From contig DXJF01000013.1 in NCBI GenBank assembly GCA_019057375.1, positions 1 to 11,877 on the forward strand: 11,877 nt of DNA. Direction: 5' to 3'. A model generated the notes under the pieces. The model worked only from the letters and a program-made list of their open reading frames with translations. It made no database searches and was not told the DNA's origin. Made by a program: the position numbers and the translations under genes. The stretch is from Candidatus Heimdallarchaeota archaeon (GTDB lineage: Archaea; Asgardarchaeota; Heimdallarchaeia; Heimdallarchaeales; Heimdallarchaeaceae). Within the stretch, counting starts at the first letter, position 1, and each line of letters starts with the position of its first letter. This document shows positions 1 to 6,653 of this stretch, piece after piece.

Positions 1-518
1 ATATTGTCTTCTCTCATATCTTCTTGGAATGCCAGTAAGAAATTCAAATGTGCACACATATAATCAACTTCTTTATCTAGCGAAAAAAGATCATTTTCTA
101 AGAATTTGTTAATGTTTGAGGAATAACAAGAAAGCAAATATTGATGTTTTTCTTCATCCTGATTGAAAAGTTGACTTAAGATATTCCACGTATACATTTT
201 TTGATTTAGCATAATTCCCTTATCAGTTCCATGAAAGATATATATCTGATATTTTGAATTAGTTGTAGCAGTTTCTAAATTTAAAAATTCTACACTTTTG
301 CATTGATAGGATACTGAAATTTTGTCAAAAGTATCGCTTAGTTGTTTCATCAATTTTTCAGTTGTTGGAGTAGAACTATCAAAGAAAATATCAATCTGTA
401 TTTGATTATTATCTTGATTTTTTAGTTCTTGGTTTCCAAAGGTTGTTACCATTATAATTGATGATGATACCACCAAAATAATGGCTATAATACTATATAC
501 TTTTTGTATTTTTACCAT
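1..518 (-). CDS. Secreted or membrane-anchored hypothetical protein, N-terminal 172 codons (runs off the left edge); possible caspase/CHAT-like His-Gly...Cys motif pair
   Basis: Not in the ORF track. Manual translation from ATG 518 is open to position 1: MVKIQKVYSIIAIILVVSSSIIMVTTFGNQ...YQIYIFHGTDKGIML...HQYLLSCYSSNI...EDMREDN. The N-terminus is basic then hydrophobic. Confidence 0.8.
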   Translation of the reverse strand, partial: MVKIQKVYSIIAIILVVSSSIIMVTTFGNQELKNQDNNQIQIDIFFDSSTPTTEKLMKQLSDTFDKISVSYQCKSVEFLNLETATTNSKYQIYIFHGTDKGIMLNQKMYTWNILSQLFNQDEEKHQYLLSCYSSNINKFLENDLFSLDKEVDYMCAHLNFLLAFQEDMREDN

Positions 519-540
519 ATTTAACAACTCAATAATTATA

Positions 541-592
541 CGTCAACATTTCCATTAAACTCTCACCTTCCAATTGTCACATTATGTTGACG
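541..592. repeat. 9-bp perfect inverted repeat CGTCAACAT-N34-ATGTTGACG in the divergent intergenic region
   Basis: 541-549 cgtcaacat is the reverse complement of 584-592 atgttgacg. Confidence 0.6.
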
Positions 593-721
593 CAAAGGAG
601 CTATTTTTTTTTAGATATTTAAATGTTATCTAGATAAAATCAGCAAGTTTGTTAATAATTGAGTATATAATTGTCCTTTATTGAAAATGTTTATTATTCA
701 GAAATTGAAAGGAATATAAAA

Positions 722-2359
722 ATGAGTAAGTTCTTCAAAAACGAAAAAATTAAGTTTTTAGTAATTTTTGAGAACAAAGTTACTAATACTATTTTTTTAT
801 GTATTAATATTATAATTTTCTCCTTCACTATAGTGCTTACCCAGATGAAAATTCTACATGTGACGACAAATTCATTATTATTAGATGCTTCACAAATTGC
901 AACAAATTCAAGCGAATTCCTCGTTAGAAGAGCTGACATGGTACTTTTAGCAAAAAATTATCCAGTAGCACTTTTTTTTGAATTATTTTTGATAATTTTT
1001 CTCCTCAATTTGGTTTTCAGCAGATTCTTTCCTAGAAAAACTGGCTTAACTTCGATATATTTGGCGGTTAGAACCATTATACATCTATTAATAACCGGTA
1101 CATCGTTGAAATTTAGCACAATAAGTCTTTGGAATGCACTTCCTGTTAGTGAAGCTATAGTTTCTATTGAAGTTATTTTTTCCAGAACTTATCTATTATT
1201 AATACTTATAGTAGCGCTGCTCTTGCTTTTTCAGGGTTTGTTCCTATTGTTTATTCCCACCAAATCATTTATGAATAGGGATAATAACCAAATCCCTTTT
1301 AGCAAAGAATCTGTTGATGTGATTAAATATTACATGATACTCATGCCTGTTACTTTGTTTATATCAGGTGATGGAAATATGGTTATTTTTTCTTATTTGT
1401 TTGCACTAAACAAGAAAACCAATAGTCAACCTGTTTTATCCGCGTATTATGTTTTTACTTCTTATGCATTTATTTTATTATTTTTCATAATGTTCACCCA
1501 TATAAAAGAACCATTTAACTTTTCTAGAAAAGAGGATTTCAAATATTCAAAGAAGAAATTTCTACTTTTTCTCTCTTTCGGCGTGATTCTTTGGTTATTT
1601 TATTTTTTCTACGGATCATTATTTCTTCTAGAGGGTAATCTTAATATTGAAATTCTTGTTAAATTATTTCAAGTAGAGTTTGAATCCTTTTTATTATTTT
1701 TTATCACAATTCTAGCTCTCAAATATATTCGAAAATTGAAGAAAAAAGATAAACGGCACACAAACTCTCATGATAGGTTAAATGAAGTTTCTACAAAAAG
1801 GAATTTTTCTAAAAAATTATCGATACAAATTGCTAATTATTTTCTTCTAACCTTGATTCTTTGTTCCTCGTTTTTTGCACTACCATTGTTTGTAGATTTA
1901 AGTGATTTCTACTCCTTAGAATCCAAAATTGGGTTAGATATGCAAATAGAAAGAGAATGTTTGATTACCGAAGCAAATTTCTTATCAAACGGAACATTTA
2001 ATTTTAAGGTTTCTATCGCCATAAATTTTTCTAATGTTCCTCTTGAAGCTCAAGGTTCTCTTATTTACATTAGATCGTTAGTGGTTGATACGGATAACAA
2101 TTCCTTTTATGATTCATATTATCCTATAAATAACATTTCAATATTCAATTCATCTGATACAATTACGACGCATATTGGTAGTCCTCACAATGGTCATTCA
2201 ATTATTATTATAGGGTACGGAAATTTTGAAATTATTGGGAGTATAAATCAGACATTTATTGTAGGAGATCAAATTACTTTTGTTTTCTCAGATAGATATG
2301 CAGAAATTTACTTCTCTGTTGTTTTTGTTCCTTATACAGCAATTATAGTGTCAAGTTAG
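722..2359 (+). CDS. Polytopic membrane protein (~10 hydrophobic segments) with a C-terminal soluble beta-rich region; function unknown
   Basis: ORF 671..2359 starts at TTG. The in-frame ATG at 722, preceded by gaaagga, is the likelier start. Many long Phe/Ile/Leu runs, then a hydrophilic C-terminus with N-x-S/T sequons. No family recognised. Confidence 0.75.
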   Translation: MSKFFKNEKIKFLVIFENKVTNTIFLCINIIIFSFTIVLTQMKILHVTTNSLLLDASQIATNSSEFLVRRADMVLLAKNYPVALFFELFLIIFLLNLVFSRFFPRKTGLTSIYLAVRTIIHLLITGTSLKFSTISLWNALPVSEAIVSIEVIFSRTYLLLILIVALLLLFQGLFLLFIPTKSFMNRDNNQIPFSKESVDVIKYYMILMPVTLFISGDGNMVIFSYLFALNKKTNSQPVLSAYYVFTSYAFILLFFIMFTHIKEPFNFSRKEDFKYSKKKFLLFLSFGVILWLFYFFYGSLFLLEGNLNIEILVKLFQVEFESFLLFFITILALKYIRKLKKKDKRHTNSHDRLNEVSTKRNFSKKLSIQIANYFLLTLILCSSFFALPLFVDLSDFYSLESKIGLDMQIERECLITEANFLSNGTFNFKVSIAINFSNVPLEAQGSLIYIRSLVVDTDNNSFYDSYYPINNISIFNSSDTITTHIGSPHNGHSIIIIGYGNFEIIGSINQTFIVGDQITFVFSDRYAEIYFSVVFVPYTAIIVSS

Positions 2360-2363
2360 TGAT

Positions 2364-2936
2364 TTCAATTATTTCAAAATCCATCATGTTGTTGCAATTA
2401 ACTGCTTCCCATTTGACAATGATGAAGAAATGGCTTGGATCAAACAGAAATGCGAATCTCTTGGCGTCACTGCTGCTGAAAGTGAGGTTTTCATGAAAGG
2501 TGGCGAGGGTGGTCTCAACCTCGCTGAAGCCGTTCTTGCTGCCATCGAAAAAGGTTCTGGTGATGTCAAATTCGCTTATGAGTTTTCCGATTCTATTAAA
2601 ACCAAGATTGAAAAAATCGCTACCAAGATCTATGGTGCTAAAGATGTTGAGTATTCTCCCCAAGCTGATCAAGACATCAAAGTTATTGAAACTCTAGGTT
2701 TTTCTGATTTTCCTCTCTGTATGGCTAAAACCCAACTTAGCCTTTCTGATGAAATTGGATTAATGGGTGCTCCAAAAGGTTGGACTTTGAATGTAGATGA
2801 AGTTCGTCTTTATACTGGTGCTCGTTTTATTGTCCCTGTCTGTGGTAGCATGTTCTTGCTGCCTGGTTTACCTCCTGTTCCAGCTGCTAATAGAATGGAC
2901 TATACAGAAGATGGAGAAATTATAGGGTTAAACTAA
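2364..2936 (+). pseudogene. fhs: 5'-truncated formate-tetrahydrofolate ligase (FTHFS), C-terminal third only
   Basis: The frame is open from 2349. It reads ..HHVVAINCFPFDNDEEM..SEVFMKGGEGGLNLAEAV..KIEKIATKIYGA..PLCMAKTQLSLSD..GARFIVPVCG..LPGLPPVPAANRMD..GEIIGL*, all diagnostic of the FTHFS C-terminus. The N-terminal ~370 aa are absent from the window. Confidence 0.9.
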
Positions 2937-2941
2937 CCCTA
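2839..2941 (+). repeat. Direct repeat copy 1: last 103 bp of fhs including the stop codon
   Basis: Ungapped alignment to 5324-5426 with 12 mismatches in 103 bp. Confidence 0.95.
2923..2941. other. Perfect 8-3-8 palindrome TAGGGTTA-AAC-TAACCCTA across the fhs stop codon (recombination site or terminator hairpin)
   Basis: 2923-2930 is the reverse complement of 2934-2941. The copy at 5408-5426 has one mismatch. A T-tract follows both copies. Confidence 0.6.
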
Positions 2942-2948
2942 AAACCTT

Positions 2949-5252
2949 TTATTTTTTCACTTTTTTAATTCCTTTTTTTACAGTATATTTTCCTGTAACG
3001 GATAATACTACAATTGCTGGAATTAATATCATGAAGCCATAATTTATCCTTTCCATGTTTTCATTCAATGGGTAAGGATCTGTAGAGTTTGCATTACCAT
3101 CGACAGGATAAGGTTTCTTACTATCCCAATCATACCAGAAATTGCCTTCTTTGGTTTCTTCTTCATACCAGGTATTATTAGTTCCCATATCATAAGCTTG
3201 AGAAGTACCTCCATAGGCATAAGAAGTACTTCCAAGATTGTTAGATATGAAAATATTATGGTGTATAATGTTACTTTCAGAACCAGATTCTAAAGCGATA
3301 CCATATTCTTCATTTTCCTTTAGAAGATTGTATGTTACTAGACAAGAATCGGAATTAATCAATCCGATTCCCCAGTTGTTGTATTTACATGTGTTATTAG
3401 TAATTAACGAACTTGAGGAACCTACTAAATATATACCTACATAGTTGTTTTCATTGCAAGTATTATTTGTCAGTGTAACAAATGATGAACCTTGAACTAA
3501 AATACCATCATCATTATTGTTACAAACGTTTTTTATTAGTGTCGCCCATGAAGAGTGATATAAGCGGATTCCTCCAAAATAGTTATTTTGGCATATATTG
3601 TCTATTAAAACTATATAAGAAGAATGCTCTACCCTAATCCCCCAATCATTGTCATAACAAACATTGTTTATTAGTGTAGCATTAGGTGAAAAACGTAAAT
3701 AGATTCCACCACATACGTTATTTTCCAATACAACTCCTGGACAAGCTAGCACATGAATATTCTCTTCTAGATTATCATTGCACATATTGTTCAATATCCA
3801 TGCATCATCAGAAATTAATAAATGAAAACCATCCCGCTCATTATTGAAGCAAGCGTTGTTTTGCAACATTACATCTGTAGTATATTCAACAGAAATTCCA
3901 TCATGGGAATTGTAGCTGCACGTATTGTTTTCCAGAATAATCTCGAAAGAAAAAGATACAAAGATGCCATCCATATTATTATTGCAAATATTATTAATCA
4001 ACATAACATTTGTGGAATTTTCTACATTAATGCTCTCATAATCATTATTATTACATGTATTGTTGATTATTGTTGCTTTTTCACACCATTTAAGATCTAT
4101 ACCAAAAGCAGTATTAGTTAATTCTTGGTTGCATATCACTACTTTTGAGCAATTAATCAGAATATATTGTGCATAGCCTTGTTCTGATAAAATCAAACCA
4201 TCTTGATTGATATAAAAACCTATTTTCTTTCCATTTACCAAGTTGTTCTCTAATGTATAATTAAGGTAAGATTCAATAGAATTTTCTGAGACATAAAAAC
4301 CATTATTCTGTATAGTATTGTTGATTAAAGTCGATCCTGCTGAACCTGATATAAAGATACCCTGATATTTATTGTTATTGCAAGTGTTGTTAATCAGTGT
4401 CGCTCTAGCTGAATAGTACATAGAAAGACCGTGTGATAAATAATTGTTATTACATACATTATTGATTATCACAGCTTCTGGTGAACTAGTTATTGCTAAA
4501 CCAGTATTCCCATTATTGCTGCAATCATTATTGGTCACAATAATCTTTGATGAATCCATTATCCTTATACCAACAGCATAGTTATTCGTACAAATACTAT
4601 TAATTATAGAAGCTCTAAAGGAGTATTCTAATAAAATACCTAAAGCATTAGCTTGACAAGTATTGTTTATTAAAACGGTTTCAGGTGAATACCGTACAAA
4701 AATACCGTACCAAACATTAATATTACATGTATTATTTATCACTGTAGATCCTAAACAATGGGATAACGAGATACCTTTACTTCTCCAATAATAATTATTG
4801 TTGCAAATGTTATTAGTCAGGGTTGCATTATTTGAATAGAATACTCTAATTCCATCCCCTCTATTATTACTGCAAGTAGTATTAGTAATAGAAACTGTTC
4901 CTTCAGCTGCATGTTCAATAACTATAGCATCCCAATATGCAAGAACATAACAGTTGCGAACAACAAAGTGTTTTGTTGTACCATTAATATAAATACCTGT
5001 GTCACTAGAAGTAATAATTTCATAATTTTCAATTATATATGGTTCTCCTGAAGTTCCAGATCCAAGAAAACCATAATCTGTGAAATTATCATCATTAACA
5101 ATTACTATAGGATCTCGTGGAACTAAGGACATAATTGTAGGATTAGTGAATTGGTATGTGTAATTAGAAGCAAAGATTGGTTGTATTCTGAAAGTACTTG
5201 TTGAAAGTATAGCCACAATAACTATGATACCAAATACTAGCTTCTTGTTCAT
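2949..5252 (-). CDS. Cell-surface right-handed parallel beta-helix protein (NosD/CASH, PbH1 repeats) with signal peptide and C-terminal membrane anchor
   Basis: 767 aa. Signal peptide MNKKLVFGIIVIVAIL, the motif GSGTSGEPYIIEN, about 20 repeats of GI-x-L-x2-S-x3-T-L-x-NNxCxxN, C-terminal GNFW...DPYPL, then a hydrophobic segment and a Lys tail. Confidence 0.9.
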   Translation of the reverse strand: MNKKLVFGIIVIVAILSTSTFRIQPIFASNYTYQFTNPTIMSLVPRDPIVIVNDDNFTDYGFLGSGTSGEPYIIENYEIITSSDTGIYINGTTKHFVVRNCYVLAYWDAIVIEHAAEGTVSITNTTCSNNRGDGIRVFYSNNATLTNNICNNNYYWRSKGISLSHCLGSTVINNTCNINVWYGIFVRYSPETVLINNTCQANALGILLEYSFRASIINSICTNNYAVGIRIMDSSKIIVTNNDCSNNGNTGLAITSSPEAVIINNVCNNNYLSHGLSMYYSARATLINNTCNNNKYQGIFISGSAGSTLINNTIQNNGFYVSENSIESYLNYTLENNLVNGKKIGFYINQDGLILSEQGYAQYILINCSKVVICNQELTNTAFGIDLKWCEKATIINNTCNNNDYESINVENSTNVMLINNICNNNMDGIFVSFSFEIILENNTCSYNSHDGISVEYTTDVMLQNNACFNNERDGFHLLISDDAWILNNMCNDNLEENIHVLACPGVVLENNVCGGIYLRFSPNATLINNVCYDNDWGIRVEHSSYIVLIDNICQNNYFGGIRLYHSSWATLIKNVCNNNDDGILVQGSSFVTLTNNTCNENNYVGIYLVGSSSSLITNNTCKYNNWGIGLINSDSCLVTYNLLKENEEYGIALESGSESNIIHHNIFISNNLGSTSYAYGGTSQAYDMGTNNTWYEEETKEGNFWYDWDSKKPYPVDGNANSTDPYPLNENMERINYGFMILIPAIVVLSVTGKYTVKKGIKKVKK

Positions 5253-5280
5253 TTTTTTTCACTTAAAACAAAGCTAGTTA

Positions 5281-5295
5281 TTATAAAATTATAAA
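5281..5295 (-). promoter_or_regulatory. Probable TATA box(es) for the beta-helix gene
   Basis: Two minus-strand TTTATAA elements (5281-5287 and 5289-5295) lie 29-43 nt upstream of ATG 5252. Confidence 0.45.
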
Positions 5296-5323
5296 TGTTT
5301 GTGCTTAAAGTAAAAATTTTCTA

Positions 5324-5426
5324 TCTGTAATAGAATGTTCTTAATGCCTGTATTACCTCCAGTTCCAGCTGCTAACAAAATGGATTATACAGAAGATGGA
5401 GAAATTATAGAGTTAAACTAACCCTA
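5324..5426 (+). repeat. Direct repeat copy 2: detached, decayed 3' end of fhs (CNRMFLMPVLPPVPAANKMDYTEDGEIIELN*)
   Basis: 88% identical (91/103) to 2839-2941 with the same frame and stop. Two family-conserved Gly residues (PGL, IxGL) are changed. Confidence 0.95.
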
Positions 5427-5457
5427 CTTTCATTATTTTTTAAAATCTAAAGAATTT

Positions 5458-5904
5458 TTATTGGTGTTTCATAAGATTTTCAAGCAATCTTTCTAAATAT
5501 CTTTCAAATACATCTATCTCTGAGCTTGTAAATCCTTCATAGAATAAATCTGTCATCTCTCTTGATACTCCTAGATATCTTTCCTGAAGTTTTTTCCCTT
5601 CATCAGTTAGATAGATGAGTATTTTACGTCTATCTGTTTTACATGGAACACGTTGCAAATATCCTGCTTCTTCAAGACGATCTAACATAGATGTTAGTGT
5701 TGATTTAGTTAGAGCTGTTTCTTTTGTAAGTTTCACTATTGATATTCCATCTTCTTTCCATAAAGGAAACATAATTCTTCCTTGTGCTGAATTAATCTTA
5801 TCTAGTTTACTTTGTTTAAGTATTCTTGTGAATATGCGTCTTGAAAGTTGATGAATCTTCGAAATAAGGTAACCACCCTTTCTTTGATTTTTCATTGTTT
5901 TCAA
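5458..5904 (-). CDS. MarR-family transcriptional regulator
   Basis: INSAQGRIMFPLWKEDGISIVKLTKETALTKSTLTSMLDRLEEAGYLQRVPCKTDRRKILIYLT is a winged HTH with the DRR wing motif. The start is TTG 5904 or ATG 5895. Confidence 0.93.
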   Translation of the reverse strand: MKTMKNQRKGGYLISKIHQLSRRIFTRILKQSKLDKINSAQGRIMFPLWKEDGISIVKLTKETALTKSTLTSMLDRLEEAGYLQRVPCKTDRRKILIYLTDEGKKLQERYLGVSREMTDLFYEGFTSSEIDVFERYLERLLENLMKHQ

Positions 5905-5920
5905 TAATCCTAGTTTTTTC

Positions 5921-6376
5921 TTATTCTAAATTTTCCGGTATTAGAAAGGAAACATTGCTTAGTTTATGATAGTAATTCCCTGCTTCGGCAACAAAATGAA
6001 ATACAGTATAATCAGGATCATCTACACCAAGAGGGTAATATTTTTCACAACCATCTTCCCACAACATTTCTCTTGATTCTTTATCACGTTTAATTTCTGT
6101 TCTTCCTAAAAGCATCAATCCTTCCCAAGTTTCAAAGTCAACAAAATAAACACAAGTTTTTTTGTTTAGTTTTATTTGTGTTACTCTTTTTGAGGAAGTA
6201 TTGGTTGAAAACCAAATTTCCTTCAAGCCATTATATTTAGCGTTTATCATTGCTTTAATGTTTGGATAACTATCCTCTCCTATTGTACCCACCATAGCAA
6301 TTTCACTCCTTTTAACTAACTCCATGCTTTTTTCTAATGCCAAATTGATTTTTTCTCCTTTTTTCATTCTAATCAC
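5921..6376 (-). CDS. Pyridoxamine 5'-phosphate oxidase-like FMN-binding split-barrel protein
   Basis: IAMVGTIGEDSYPNIKAM..IWFSTNTSSKRVTQIKLNKKTCVYF..GLMLLG..LWEDGCEKYYPLGVDDPDYTV. The start is GTG 6376 or ATG 6367. It lies 16 nt from the MarR gene on the same strand. Confidence 0.88.
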   Translation of the reverse strand: MIRMKKGEKINLALEKSMELVKRSEIAMVGTIGEDSYPNIKAMINAKYNGLKEIWFSTNTSSKRVTQIKLNKKTCVYFVDFETWEGLMLLGRTEIKRDKESREMLWEDGCEKYYPLGVDDPDYTVFHFVAEAGNYYHKLSNVSFLIPENLE

Positions 6377-6377
6377 A

Positions 6378-6424
6378 TATAGTTTGATATAGGACTATAC
6401 TATATAGAACTATATAATCTTTTC
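6378..6424 (-). promoter_or_regulatory. Promoter (BRE/TATA) with an adjacent palindromic operator, probably the MarR site
   Basis: The minus strand reads AGAAAAGA-TTATATA (TATA at 6411-6417). Imperfect palindrome TATAGT-N10-ACTATA at 6378-6399. A 13-bp direct repeat atatagRactata occurs at 6387-6399 and 6402-6414. Confidence 0.6.
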
Positions 6425-6653
6425 TAACCTTGTCTTTTTTATAATAATTAATTAAAAAGCATGAATTTACTCTCTTGGTCATTTTAAAAAGAAGAATATA
6501 GTTGCAGAATTAAGAGATAAAGGTCTTATTATGATTGGTCTTCGAAAAATATTCAATAAGGAATAAAATTTATTCTTTTTCTTCCTTCTTTTTGTGTAAA
6601 ACGATTGGTTGGTAGAAGTATTTTTAATCTGAAAGATGATTAAACTATTTGTC

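Noticed and set aside
694-939. 81-aa minus-strand ORF
   Set aside because: Antisense shadow of the membrane-protein gene with no motifs.
2343-2697. ORFs 2343-2672(-), 2384-2569(-) and 2500-2697(+)
   Set aside because: Alternative frames over the clearly recognisable fhs fragment; the higher GC there lengthens spurious ORFs.
2934-2942. TAACCCTAA resembles the telomeric repeat
   Set aside because: A single unit, fully explained as the stop codon plus palindrome arm.
3238-4121. ORFs 3238-3444(+) and 3822-4121(+)
   Set aside because: Antisense to the beta-helix gene.
3350-4890. Recurring ttgtt/attgtt motifs at ~66-72 nt spacing resembling a CRISPR or tandem array
   Set aside because: They are the Asn-Asn-x-Cys codons of the beta-helix coils in an intact ORF, with no constant repeat.
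541-5426. Classical integron cassette array
   Set aside because: No integrase, no recurring attC-type repeats between genes, and mixed gene orientation.
6465-6566. 33-codon open stretch IYSLGHFKKKNIVAELRDKGLIMIGLRKIFNKE*, considered as a gene remnant or third fhs tail
   Set aside because: No start codon at its 5' end, no nucleotide similarity to the 103-bp repeat, and the GLIMIGL resemblance to GEIIGL is too weak.
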